From: a virus | Lineage: Duplodnaviria > Caudoviricetes | Reading direction: 5' to 3' (one strand) | Virus record (IMG/VR): IMGVR_UViG_3300037245_001527 | Coordinates: 1 to 55,310 of that record | DNA length: 55,310 nt | Part shown: in pieces, positions 1-9,534 of the stretch | How positions within the stretch are numbered: position 1 is the first letter of the stretch | Layout: each line of letters begins with the position of its first letter | Notes under the pieces: generated by a model | What the model was told of the DNA's origin: nothing | Database searches by the model: none | Seen by the model: the letters and a program-made list of their open reading frames with translations, nothing else | Program-made: the position numbers and the translations under genes

Positions 1-1578
1 GGGTACAAGCATGGTTATGCCTGGCCCGGCGTTATTCGGCACCATATTTCTCATTGGTTACATCATAAGTTTGCTCGTATCTACGCAGAGAAGGACGTAG
101 TCTACACCCGAGATCTGTACAAGTTCTTCGGGAGTCCCGAGCCTGGTGATATTAACAGTGAGTTGGCTTGTATGGTGGGGGCCGTCAGGTGGAAGGGTTT
201 CACGCTCGACATTCCAGCGTTGAAGGCGTTGAGGGTGAAGGCGGAGGTCAAGTCAATGCTTGCCCCAAAGGCCCCCGGCCCTGTCTTGCATTATGTAACC
301 GAGCACATGGACGAGATCGAGAAGCTACATTTCGAGACACACAAGTCGACCAAGAAAACGATACTCGAAGAAGTTGCAGCATGGGAAGGTGGCGATCACC
401 CAGCAGCCGTACGGGCCCAGGAGGTATTAGATGCTCGCCAGTATAAATCAGAATGTACCCTGTTTGATAAGCTTATCACCGCTGGCCGTTTCCATGCTTC
501 TTTTAGCGTTATTGGTACTCTATCATCTCGAATGTCGGGTCGCGGCTCTGGTCTCAACAGCCAAGGGATCAAGCGGGCGAAAGAGATTCGCCAGTGTTTT
601 CCTCTTAGCACTGGTAGTAATGTGCTATGTGGTGGTGACTTTGTTAGTTTCGAGGTTGTCCTGGCCGATGCTGTATACGCTGACCCCGATCTACGGAAAG
701 ACCTCACGACGGAGTTGCCATGCGGTTACTGTGGGGCAACTGGTAAGCTTGACGGTGGCGAGTGTCCCGTTTGTGAGGGGGCTGGAAAGTACGTCAAGAA
801 GATCCACGCACTATTCGGACAGCACGTCTATCCGAACATGACCTACGAGGAAATCGTAGCAGACAAGGAGAAATACACACGGAGTAAGTCAGCAGTCTTT
901 GCCATGCTGTATGGTGGGGAAGCATTTACACTCAAGACTCGTTTGGGTGTGGAAATCGAAATTGCAGAGAAGGCATACCAGTTATTCACCCAACAGTATA
1001 AGAAAGTAGGTGAAGGTCGTAAGCTGTACAATGATATGTTCTGCTCCATGCGACAGCCGGGCGGGGTCGGGTCCAATGTCGAGTGGCACGAACCGTCCAA
1101 TTTTATTGAGTCCATCTTTGGGTTCCGTAGATATTTCACACTTGAAAATATGATCTGCGAAGCCCTATACAGACTGGGCAGCAAACCACCGAAGCACTGG
1201 AGACAATACCAGGGCAAGGTAATGCGTCGAGATCGCGAACAGAAAGTGTCGGGTGCTGCAATGTCAGCACTGTTCGCAGCGGCGTTTGCACTACAATCAG
1301 CGAATATGCGTGCCGCCGGTAACCATGTTATCCAGTCAAGCGGTGCTCACATTACCAAACAAGTCCAGAGAAATATCTGGGACATGCAACCAAGTGGAGT
1401 GGGCGAGTGGATTGTTCAACCGATGAATATCCATGATGAAATTATGTGCCCAACACACCCGGATCATGTTGGTAGAATTAACAAAGTTGTCAAGGACACC
1501 GTGGAAGAATTCCGCCCGAAGGTGCCATTGATTGAAATCGACTGGGGCGACGACCTTAACTCATGGGCTGATAAATAA
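1..1578 (+). CDS. polA: Family A DNA polymerase, 5'-truncated
   Basis: Frame is open from base 1, with an ExoIII-like YAEKD. Motif A GGDFVSFE, motif B RSKSAVFAMLYG, motif C NIHDEI, plus TLSSRMS and NHVIQS. Confidence 0.95.
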   Translation, partial: GYKHGYAWPGVIRHHISHWLHHKFARIYAEKDVVYTRDLYKFFGSPEPGDINSELACMVGAVRWKGFTLDIPALKALRVKAEVKSMLAPKAPGPVLHYVTEHMDEIEKLHFETHKSTKKTILEEVAAWEGGDHPAAVRAQEVLDARQYKSECTLFDKLITAGRFHASFSVIGTLSSRMSGRGSGLNSQGIKRAKEIRQCFPLSTGSNVLCGGDFVSFEVVLADAVYADPDLRKDLTTELPCGYCGATGKLDGGECPVCEGAGKYVKKIHALFGQHVYPNMTYEEIVADKEKYTRSKSAVFAMLYGGEAFTLKTRLGVEIEIAEKAYQLFTQQYKKVGEGRKLYNDMFCSMRQPGGVGSNVEWHEPSNFIESIFGFRRYFTLENMICEALYRLGSKPPKHWRQYQGKVMRRDREQKVSGAAMSALFAAAFALQSANMRAAGNHVIQSSGAHITKQVQRNIWDMQPSGVGEWIVQPMNIHDEIMCPTHPDHVGRINKVVKDTVEEFRPKVPLIEIDWGDDLNSWADK

Positions 1579-1772
1579 TGACTCCTGCTGAACTACTACA
1601 AGCTGCGATGCTCGGGATCGTGAACTACAACAACGCCATTACGATGGACAGAACCCTTACTGAGTTCGAGATGCTTGCGTACGAACAGTCCTTTCGGACG
1701 TACGAGGCTATCTTGAAGAACTACCGAGAGGCCCTGGAGAAATCTGATGAGCCTGAAAGAACTACGGAATAG
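1578..1772 (+). CDS. Hypothetical protein
   Basis: 64-aa ORF coupled to polA by a TAATG overlap. Confidence 0.6.
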   Translation: MTPAELLQAAMLGIVNYNNAITMDRTLTEFEMLAYEQSFRTYEAILKNYREALEKSDEPERTTE

Positions 1773-2220
1773 TTCTCAAGCTCAACTGTGTCACGCCCGT
1801 AACCTAGATAGGTTGCTTCGCTCAGATGAATTCGAGATTGCTTACAATGCTGCTACGCCGAAACGGCGTGTCTATGTCCGTAACCTGATTGATCGTGGAC
1901 AAAAGGAAAGCGTGCGTAATTTCGTCAAGGAAGAGATGTTAAGCTTAACACCTTTCCACCGTATGAATGTGAAGCGGCTACGAAAGATGGGGCAGCGGTT
2001 GGGTGTGAGAGATTACAACTCACTTAACAAACGAACCTTAGTCGAGGAGATCCAACTTGAAATCGACCGAATTAAAGAAGGTGTTGAACGAGTCACACTT
2101 CAATCCAAAGAACACGGAGCATCCGCTGCACATAGCGGTGAAGATCGGGACCCCGGAGTATTGGCGGATAAAAGCGATGGAGATGATCGAGGAGTCAAAG
2201 GCGTGGGCCACCGGCACTAA
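1747..2220 (+). CDS. Hypothetical protein with a Rho-N-like (HeH) nucleic-acid-binding motif
   Basis: RMNVKRLRKMGQRLGVRDYNSLNKRTLVEEI resembles the Rho termination factor N-terminal motif. Confidence 0.5.
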   Translation: MSLKELRNSSQAQLCHARNLDRLLRSDEFEIAYNAATPKRRVYVRNLIDRGQKESVRNFVKEEMLSLTPFHRMNVKRLRKMGQRLGVRDYNSLNKRTLVEEIQLEIDRIKEGVERVTLQSKEHGASAAHSGEDRDPGVLADKSDGDDRGVKGVGHRH

Positions 2221-2344
2221 GGAATACCACGAGTTACTCACGGACGCCATTTCATTGTTAGCCTTAGCAAGGACCTATTATGCCATTAAGCCCACGACGA
2301 ACAGCACCGGCGACACTACGAAGAGCGACGGGGCCGGAGGCTGA
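2057..2344 (+). CDS. Hypothetical protein
   Basis: 95-aa ORF with GAGGAG RBS upstream of a TTG start; overlaps its neighbours. Confidence 0.5.
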   Translation: MKSTELKKVLNESHFNPKNTEHPLHIAVKIGTPEYWRIKAMEMIEESKAWATGTKEYHELLTDAISLLALARTYYAIKPTTNSTGDTTKSDGAGG

Positions 2345-2666
2345 GATCCAGGCAGCCCTGCTCAAGTTTCTCAAGATCAGGGATTGGCATGTCATGGAGA
2401 CCCATGGCAATATGTATCAGGCAGGGTTCCCTGACTTATACATCTGCCACTATTCACTCGGCACTCGGTGGGTCGAAGTGAAAGTCAAGGATAAGTACAA
2501 GTTCACCCCAGCCCAATTGAAGAACTTCCCAATGATGTCGGCAAAGAACGTAGGCATCTGGATTCTCACAGCGGCAACAGAGAATGAGTACCGTAAGTTG
2601 CAGGGCCCAGCGAACTGGGCATTCTTCCTCGACGTTATGAAACCCAACAGCAGGCTACGACTATGA
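2280..2666 (+). CDS. VRR-NUC family nuclease (Holliday junction resolvase-like)
   Basis: PEAEIQ...GFPDL...WVEVK...FTPAQ, a PD-(D/E)xK VRR-NUC signature. Confidence 0.85.
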   Translation: MPLSPRRTAPATLRRATGPEAEIQAALLKFLKIRDWHVMETHGNMYQAGFPDLYICHYSLGTRWVEVKVKDKYKFTPAQLKNFPMMSAKNVGIWILTAATENEYRKLQGPANWAFFLDVMKPNSRLRL

Positions 2667-3583
2667 TCAGCGACATTGTAATCATTCACCATGAGGGATG
2701 CTCTGACGGGATTTGTGCAGCGATGATCCTGCGGGATTTCTTTCTCACGCTCGATGGTAATCGTAACATCGAGTGCATCCCCGCCAGTTACGGTGACATA
2801 CCACCCGCCCCGGAGAAATTGAACGGCAGGCATGTCTATATTGTGGACTTCTCCTACAGCCGGGGATTCCTCATGGACATTAACATGGGTGCCCGGTCGT
2901 TGGTTGTGCTCGATCACCACAAAACTGCGAAAGCAAACTGCGAGGGCTTACCGTTCTGTTTCTTCGATGAGACACGGTGTGGTGCCGAGCTTGCCTTCGC
3001 CTATGTGTCGACGCGAGAGACCATGGGAGGCTACGACTTGGATACGCCGTTCAGCCTACGCTTGGTAGACTTACCAGGAAAGGTACCGCTCATTGTCGAG
3101 TACGTGGCCGACCGAGACCTCTGGAAGTGGGAGCTTCCCTTCTCGAAAGAGATCAATGCTTGGCTGGCTTCCTTCCGCCGGAGTGAGTTAGTGTGGTCCC
3201 AATTGAAAGATGGCTTGAGGGACGATTTCGACACTGCGGTCACTGAGGGTACGGCGATCCTGCGTAACGAACGTATGTTGACAGCCCGCATTGCAGCCCG
3301 TGCTGTGCCATGTCGTATTGCTGTCGCCGATGGTCTTACGATAATGGCGGTCAACACCCCCATTTTGAACAGCGAAGTGTGTCACTTGTTGCTGGAGTCT
3401 AGCAACTGTGATGTCGCTTGTGCGTGGTATATGGACGGGAAAGGCGGTGTCGTCCATAGTCTCCGCTCCAGGGCCCAGGGCCCTGATGTGAGTAAAATCG
3501 CCCAACAATACCGCGGTGGCGGCGGTCATGAGAACGCTGCCGGTTTCACTACTCAAACCATAGAGGTGATCTGTTGTTCCTAG
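2663..3583 (+). CDS. DHH/DHHA1 phosphoesterase (NrnA-like)
   Basis: CSDG, VDFS, LDHH, DRDLW, SLRS and GGGGHENAAGF motifs. Confidence 0.9.
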   Translation: MISDIVIIHHEGCSDGICAAMILRDFFLTLDGNRNIECIPASYGDIPPAPEKLNGRHVYIVDFSYSRGFLMDINMGARSLVVLDHHKTAKANCEGLPFCFFDETRCGAELAFAYVSTRETMGGYDLDTPFSLRLVDLPGKVPLIVEYVADRDLWKWELPFSKEINAWLASFRRSELVWSQLKDGLRDDFDTAVTEGTAILRNERMLTARIAARAVPCRIAVADGLTIMAVNTPILNSEVCHLLLESSNCDVACAWYMDGKGGVVHSLRSRAQGPDVSKIAQQYRGGGGHENAAGFTTQTIEVICCS

Positions 3584-3777
3584 CACTATGTATCATTCAA
3601 GTCTTCTGTTTCGTTGCCATGTTCGTCTTCCATGTCTGGACGGTTGGTAAGCATACCAAAAAGATCGCGGGCGTTAAGCTCGACATCCAGCAAGCCAAGA
3701 TGAACTTGGACACGGAAGGTTGTCACCATTGCAGTTTTGCCTATCGCAAACTGAACGAGGCCATAGGAGCCCTATGA
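3574..3777 (+). CDS. Small membrane-anchored protein
   Basis: N-terminal hydrophobic helix; GAGG RBS. Confidence 0.5.
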   Translation: MFLALCIIQVFCFVAMFVFHVWTVGKHTKKIAGVKLDIQQAKMNLDTEGCHHCSFAYRKLNEAIGAL

Positions 3778-3983
3778 TCTACGCCATAGCCGTCATCGCC
3801 CTTATCGGGTGGGTGTATAATTACTGGGCCCTGGGCCATGCACAAGCGACGCACGGGATCGACATCGTTCGCATCGCCGTGCTGACGGGCACCATGGAAG
3901 AGATCCGTGGTCTTGCCCGTGATGTAAGCAACGGCTCGGACACTTACAAGGACATATATATTCTTTCAAAGGAGGCACTATGA
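3774..3983 (+). CDS. Small membrane-anchored protein
   Basis: MIYAIAVIALIGWVY...; AGGAG RBS; ATGA overlap. Confidence 0.5.
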   Translation: MIYAIAVIALIGWVYNYWALGHAQATHGIDIVRIAVLTGTMEEIRGLARDVSNGSDTYKDIYILSKEAL

Positions 3984-4198
3984 TTGCCATCGCTATTCTC
4001 GCCACCGTTACCTGTGTCACAACCCTCGTGGCGTACAGCTACTTCCTGCGTGAGCAGGATAGGAATGAGCACCTTACCATCGAACTGGAAGGGATGACCG
4101 AATCCCGTGACGGGTGGGTCGATGCGTATGGTAAGCAACACAAGACGATGGTCGACGAGAAAGCCCGTTGGATGAGGGAGCGTGACAATGTTGCGTGA
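3980..4198 (+). CDS. Small membrane-anchored protein
   Basis: MIAIAILATVTCVTTLVAY...; AAGGAGG RBS. Confidence 0.55.
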   Translation: MIAIAILATVTCVTTLVAYSYFLREQDRNEHLTIELEGMTESRDGWVDAYGKQHKTMVDEKARWMRERDNVA

Positions 4199-4272
4199 AG
4201 ACGGGTGGTACGGCTTGTTAATGTTCATGCTCGGCATGGCGGCCGGCGTTCTTATATTCTGTTAGGATTAAC

Positions 4273-4476
4273 ATGGTCCAGATTACAATCAATTGGGGGC
4301 TGTATAAGAAGCAGATCCGACTACTCCGCGATGCGGTGTCAGTTGAGAGCGACTTAATCGAAATGGCCGACGGCGTTGACGAGTCCGGCAGGTACACAGA
4401 CGCGTACAAAGAAGCAGCGGATCTTGTCGATGATTTACGAGAACTCCATAAGAAGACACGAAAGAAGAACGCATGA
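4273..4476 (+). CDS. Hypothetical protein
   Basis: 67-aa ORF coupled to the RNR start by an ATGA overlap. Confidence 0.5.
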   Translation: MVQITINWGLYKKQIRLLRDAVSVESDLIEMADGVDESGRYTDAYKEAADLVDDLRELHKKTRKKNA

Positions 4477-6413
4477 AAGCGGCACTGAAACTGAGGGACT
4501 CATTTGTTGAGGGCTACCGTGACAAGCAGCCTCCTTGGGGTCCGATAGGCTACATCACAGCCAAGCGGACCTACTCCCGTCTCTGCGATGAAGGCACCGA
4601 AGAGTGGTGGCAGACTATCAAGCGTTGCGTCAATGGTATCGTTGCCATTGGTGGGCAGTTCACGATGGAAGAGCTTGAGACCCTGTACCACTACGTGTTC
4701 AACCTCAAGTGTTGCTTCTCGGGTCGTGCCCTCTGGCAACTCGGGACGGACAACGTGACACGCATTGGGGCGGACAGCCTACAGAACTGTTGGCATACGG
4801 CAGTCAACCACCCGGTCGATCCGTTCTGCTTCACGTTCAACCAGTTGATGCTTGGAGGCGGTGTTGGTTTCAACATCACGCCGCAACAAGTGTACGAACT
4901 TCCGATGGTCAAGTACGGTGTTAAGGTTACCAGGATGGAATCCTACGATGTGGATTTCATTGTGCCTGACAACCGTGAGGGTTGGGTCGAACTGCTACGC
5001 CGCATCTTGAATGCGTTCTTCTACACTGGACAGAACTTGACCTACTCTACGGGCTGCATTCGTGCCCGTGGCAAGCAGATCAAGACCTTCGGTGGTACTG
5101 CCTCTGGTTCTGAGACGTTGGTGCTCGGCATGAACCAGATCATGGGTATCCTTAACAGCCGAGTGAATCACAAGCTTCGTCCCATCGACTGCCTGGACAT
5201 CATGAACATCATCGGCAGCGTTGTCGTTGCTGGTAATGTACGTCGCTCGGCACAGATGGCGATTGGGGACATGTATGACGAAGCTTTCCTGAATGCGAAG
5301 AACTGGAATAAGTACAGTATTCCGAACTGGCGGGCCATGAGCAACAACACGGTCCAGTGCTCGAACGTCGCCGGTCTAACCAATTCTTTCTGGGCCGGTT
5401 ACGAGGACGAAGGAGAACCGTATGGCCTCTTTAATCTTGACCTGTGTCGTAGTCATGGGCGTCTTGGGGATAGCCCTGGCTACCGCCCTGATCCATGGGT
5501 CATCGGACTCAATCCTTGTGGTGAAATCCCGTGCGAATCCAACGAAGCCTGCAACCTCTTCGAGCAGTTCCTCCCCAACCTCCACAGTCGAGAAGAATTC
5601 CTGACCGCTGCCCATTTAGGCTATAAAGTCTGCAAGACCATATCAGCCTTCCCGTTCAGCGAGGCGGCAGTCAATGAAGTTGTTAGCCGTAACCACAGGA
5701 TCGGCCTGTCGGTAACGGGCCTTTTGCAGAGCCATTGGGTGGCAGACCTTGATGCCTTCTCCGTGGTCTACAACTCCATCGAAGAGGAAGACGCTCGGTA
5801 TTCCCGTTACTTAGGGATAAAGGAATCTGTTAAGCTTACCACCGTCAAGCCATCAGGGACGCTGTCCTTGCTGGCTGGCTGCACGCCTGGCCTGCACCCA
5901 GCATACGCCAAGCATTACATCCGGCGTATCCGGTTCGCAGCCAATGATCCTGCACTTGAGAAGTGCCGGTCGGCTGGCTTCCCGATTGAACCACTGATGA
6001 ACTTCGATGGAAGTCGTGACCTTAACACAATGGTCGCGTCGTTCCCCGTGGAGACACCCAGTGGCACAGTGCTGGCGAAAGACATGACAGCGATCGATCA
6101 GTTGAAGATGCAATCGCTGATGCAAACCTATTGGGCGGACAACTCGGTGTCCATGACTTGTTACTACAAGCCGGAAGAGTTGCCCGACATTCACCAATAC
6201 CTCCATGAAAACTATGACGAAGGGATTAAGTCCGCTTCGTTTCTCCGACACTCGGAACATGGATTCAAACAAGCACCGATGGAACCGTGCTCGCGGGAGG
6301 ACTACCTCAGACTCAAGGATAGGACGACACCCATCACCGGTATCAAAGATACCGAAGAAACGACCCTCGCCGAAAGTACGGAGTGCGTATCGGGAGCGTG
6401 TCCAGTCCGTTAG
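4473..6413 (+). CDS. nrdJ: Class II (adenosylcobalamin-dependent) ribonucleotide reductase, monomeric RTPR type
   Basis: RTYSR, SGRALW, NCW, GGGVG, GNVRRSA, NPCGE..CNL, TTVKPSGT and a C-terminal ECVSGACPVR redox tail. Confidence 0.93.
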   Translation: MKAALKLRDSFVEGYRDKQPPWGPIGYITAKRTYSRLCDEGTEEWWQTIKRCVNGIVAIGGQFTMEELETLYHYVFNLKCCFSGRALWQLGTDNVTRIGADSLQNCWHTAVNHPVDPFCFTFNQLMLGGGVGFNITPQQVYELPMVKYGVKVTRMESYDVDFIVPDNREGWVELLRRILNAFFYTGQNLTYSTGCIRARGKQIKTFGGTASGSETLVLGMNQIMGILNSRVNHKLRPIDCLDIMNIIGSVVVAGNVRRSAQMAIGDMYDEAFLNAKNWNKYSIPNWRAMSNNTVQCSNVAGLTNSFWAGYEDEGEPYGLFNLDLCRSHGRLGDSPGYRPDPWVIGLNPCGEIPCESNEACNLFEQFLPNLHSREEFLTAAHLGYKVCKTISAFPFSEAAVNEVVSRNHRIGLSVTGLLQSHWVADLDAFSVVYNSIEEEDARYSRYLGIKESVKLTTVKPSGTLSLLAGCTPGLHPAYAKHYIRRIRFAANDPALEKCRSAGFPIEPLMNFDGSRDLNTMVASFPVETPSGTVLAKDMTAIDQLKMQSLMQTYWADNSVSMTCYYKPEELPDIHQYLHENYDEGIKSASFLRHSEHGFKQAPMEPCSREDYLRLKDRTTPITGIKDTEETTLAESTECVSGACPVR

Positions 6414-6421
6414 GAGATGCG

Positions 6422-6904
6422 ATGCGAGTTGGAATGTTTGTAGATGTTGGCAATCAATTCTATTACGCCAACGGGAGGTGGCCCGGTAAGAAAATTAACT
6501 ACCGTGAATACTTCGCACTAGCCCGTCAATGTGGGCACGTCAGCCGTGCGTATGCGTACGGCACCCAGATTGACGGGTCGGCCATCAAGTTCACCACTGC
6601 CCTACAACACATGGGATTCGAGTGTTGCTGGCGAAGCATCGAACGGGGTAAGTGGTACTCATGGGATGTGGGTATCGCGATGGATGCCTACATCTTTACC
6701 GAGACAGACGGACTCGACATCGTCATCCTCGGTACGTCAAACTACACGATGGTTCACGTCGTGCGTGCGTTACAGGGAAAGGGTGTTAAGGTTATCATTA
6801 TGGCCTGCAACATACCACAAGAGTTGCGTGAGATTGCAGACTCCTGTATTGAAATCACCGAGGAAATGTTGGAGGGCCGTCATGCACACTCAAATCCAGC
6901 CTAA
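6422..6904 (+). CDS. NYN (LabA/DUF88, PIN-like) domain protein
   Basis: FVDVGN...WDVGIAMD...LGTSN...GVKVII...LREIAD pattern; AGGAG RBS before ATG 6422. Confidence 0.75.
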   Translation: MRVGMFVDVGNQFYYANGRWPGKKINYREYFALARQCGHVSRAYAYGTQIDGSAIKFTTALQHMGFECCWRSIERGKWYSWDVGIAMDAYIFTETDGLDIVILGTSNYTMVHVVRALQGKGVKVIIMACNIPQELREIADSCIEITEEMLEGRHAHSNPA

Positions 6905-7337
6905 CTGCTGGTCGTGTCTGCCTACTGCTTTTGCAATGGCACTCGACGTAACGTACCGAGACATCCTGCACTTCTGTGGGCACGATGGATCGGAGATAGT
7001 CTTCCCGGATGAGACGGACCCACACCGTCGACGGGCGTTCCATGCCCAGGAGATGATGACGTTCGCTATGCACCACGATGTGTTCGTCACACCCATCGAG
7101 ATGTACCCCCGGTCGATCAACGTGACCCGGAAAGTGTTCAGGTTACCAGCCCAGACGATCCAGATCATGGACTACATGGCCCTGCACACCGGAGTTATCG
7201 TTGGCACTGTGAATGGGAACCCCCATGCAGTCATGTGGGATGGTAATCTTATCTACGATCCCAATGGATCGACGTACGAAATGAGTGATAAGGTTGCCAT
7301 AGAAATCTTTTTCGCTTGCAACTCAACAATCCTGTAA
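6882..7337 (+). CDS. Putative papain-fold (C39-like) cysteine peptidase
   Basis: QIQPNCWSCLPTAFAM (Q..C) and HAVMWDGNLIYDP (H..D); GGAGGG RBS before ATG 6882. Confidence 0.55.
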   Translation: MHTQIQPNCWSCLPTAFAMALDVTYRDILHFCGHDGSEIVFPDETDPHRRRAFHAQEMMTFAMHHDVFVTPIEMYPRSINVTRKVFRLPAQTIQIMDYMALHTGVIVGTVNGNPHAVMWDGNLIYDPNGSTYEMSDKVAIEIFFACNSTIL

Positions 7338-7363
7338 CTTTTACAGTCCGGATATTTTACCTG

Positions 7364-7391
7364 TTGCCTCATATCGTCGACTGTATATAAT
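7364..7391 (+). promoter_or_regulatory. Sigma70-type promoter
   Basis: TTGCCT-16 bp-TATAAT in the intergenic gap upstream of the sigma-like gene. Confidence 0.6.
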
Positions 7392-7406
7392 GGAATAGCG
7401 GGGGAA

Positions 7407-7430
7407 GAACGGCCGACGGAACGGCCGACG
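7407..7430 (+). repeat. Tandem 12-bp repeat (GAACGGCCGACG)x2
   Basis: Exact duplication just downstream of the promoter, followed by a GGGCCT...AGGCCC hairpin. Confidence 0.8.
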
Positions 7431-7502
7431 GGCCTTATAGGGAATAGGCCCAATGTTTGAAATGTTAAGCTTTTCGTGTTATTCTTACCAAGTGAGGCCC
7501 AG

Positions 7503-8171
7503 ATGTCACGTCGTCGAATTGGTGTTAATCTTAACACCGTATCCGGTATGCTACCGGAAGAAGTACAGGATGGACTGGTTGGTTATCTACGCATTAAAGG
7601 CGATGCGTTGGTATGCACAGAGTGTTGGGCCATCAAGCCCTGCTCCCATCGAAGTCGTGTTACGATTACCAGACTCCTGATCGAATCGCACGTTGGTCTT
7701 GTGCAGTCGATCGTATCGAAGTTCACCTACCACGATCTCCCGGAACTGTTGTCCGAAGGGTTGTTAATCCTGACCGAGTGTGTTCGGAACTACAGGGCAC
7801 TCACCGACAACAACATCTCACCGTACATCAACACCTGCGTTCGACGCGGTATCATGCGGTTCATCCGGCAGAACATCATGCAAGTTACGGTTGACTATCG
7901 TGCCTATGCCAAAGGACAGACCATCACTCTTCGGAGTGGGGCAGCCGACACTACCATCGACAAGCGTGGAGACGCTACGTTAAGTGTTGACATCCAGGAC
8001 ATTGTCGAACACGTTGTTAAGGATAACAACGAGAAGATCATCGCCGAGTGTCTAATCGGTGGTGGCTACACTTCTCAAGACATGGCGGACCTGTGCAATC
8101 TGTCAAGGTCCAGGGCCCAGGCAATAAAAGCCGATGTAGCATTCCGTTTGGGCGTAGCCTGGAATGGATGA
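7503..8171 (+). CDS. RNA polymerase sigma70-family-like factor
   Basis: Region-2-like LIESHVGLVQSIVSKF..ELLSEGLLILTECVRNY..ISPYINTCVRRGI; region-4 HTH YTSQDMADLCNLSRSRAQAI. Confidence 0.75.
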   Translation: MSRRRIGVNLNTVSGMLPEEVQDGLVGYLRIKGDALVCTECWAIKPCSHRSRVTITRLLIESHVGLVQSIVSKFTYHDLPELLSEGLLILTECVRNYRALTDNNISPYINTCVRRGIMRFIRQNIMQVTVDYRAYAKGQTITLRSGAADTTIDKRGDATLSVDIQDIVEHVVKDNNEKIIAECLIGGGYTSQDMADLCNLSRSRAQAIKADVAFRLGVAWNG

Positions 8172-8594
8172 TGGGCCCTGGGCCTAGTAAGGTTGACATG
8201 AACCTGTTCCTGAATGTTCCACGTATGCAGGCCGACGCAGTGTGGCAGTTCGCTATCAGTCGAGACCTGTTCTATGTTGTCGACAACATCGTAGAAGTCC
8301 TGTGTGGTACACACCATACAGTGACGTTTGCTTTTGGGTTGTTCGACGATTTCAAATTGGCCCACGATTTTCTAAGAGGGTTATCATGAAGTTGTTTCTA
8401 GCAGTGAGTATTGACGACAAAGGTGAAGTGCGTGTTAGCTTACCTGACAACGGCTACGTCATCATGGATGGCCACACAGCGAAGTATCCGGTCGGTGAGT
8501 TTGTGGGTAAGCTTATCAAACAGACGGGCGACACCCTGCGGAATATCGGCGATGACCTGATCGAAAGCAGTAAGTTACCGGGGGACGACGGCCG

Positions 8595-9113
8595 ATGATG
8601 TACACAATGGATGTTCCGGTAGCGTACGTTGATGACTTCTGTACGGCACTCACGGACTTTGAAGTCGACTATCGAATCAAGGGTGAACACACCGTGCTGA
8701 CCCTGGAGAACACCAGCGATCATTGGACGTTGCTGTTTGGGAATGAGGCGAGCGACAATAAGGCCAGGCGTATGCTCGCTGCATATCGATTCTGTGCTGG
8801 GTTTGTCCAGCCCACGCAACTCTTGAGCAGACTGCGTCAACACCATGGTCTGTTCTATCGTCACAAGCAAGTCCACCTGTGGTCGATCGAGTGTACGACC
8901 TCGGGTAAGGGTACCCACTTCAAGGGTACGTTTGCTGAGGTCTGCCGTGAGGCAAGAGCATACCGTTCGTTTGAGGCTGGGATCTGGCTCCAGCCGGGAA
9001 ATGTTAAGATTGCCCATCTGGATCAGCACGACAAGATCCACATGATGGACCTCTGCCACGTATACTGTTTGACCGAAGCCATCTGTTCAGGAGAACAAGC
9101 CCATGCAGTTTGA
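8595..9113 (+). CDS. Hypothetical protein
   Basis: 172-aa ORF within a run of overlapping co-oriented genes. Confidence 0.6.
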   Translation: MMYTMDVPVAYVDDFCTALTDFEVDYRIKGEHTVLTLENTSDHWTLLFGNEASDNKARRMLAAYRFCAGFVQPTQLLSRLRQHHGLFYRHKQVHLWSIECTTSGKGTHFKGTFAEVCREARAYRSFEAGIWLQPGNVKIAHLDQHDKIHMMDLCHVYCLTEAICSGEQAHAV

Positions 9114-9534
9114 TAAGGTTGACAAGAAGCTCGTCAAAATCTGTCGGGACTCGGGACTGCTGGTCCTGATCTACGAAGAGGGGAAGCCTGACTTCTATGC
9201 CTGGGATCACGAGTCCGAGCACGCATCCCTGATCCCGGTGGACGAGGTCCACGCCTGGACACTGGTTCTCTGCGGCCTCAAGACCGAGGAGGAATACAAG
9301 GAAGAGACGGAGATGGCACGCCGTGAACGTGCTGAGAAGATCCGCCACGACACAGAAGACCAGGAGTACCACATGATGTGGCAACTCTACCATAAGTATG
9401 GAGGCTCGATGCCCACCCGGTTCCCGACCAACGTACTCAACATCGCTGCCGTGTGTGACTGGGACACACCGGAGAGTGTTGATATTCTTAACAACGGAGT
9501 GATCTTCCACGTAACCAAGAAAGACCTGCAATGA
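9103..9534 (+). CDS. Hypothetical protein
   Basis: 143-aa ORF; AGGAG RBS; coupled to the ligase gene. Confidence 0.65.
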   Translation: MQFDKVDKKLVKICRDSGLLVLIYEEGKPDFYAWDHESEHASLIPVDEVHAWTLVLCGLKTEEEYKEETEMARRERAEKIRHDTEDQEYHMMWQLYHKYGGSMPTRFPTNVLNIAAVCDWDTPESVDILNNGVIFHVTKKDLQ

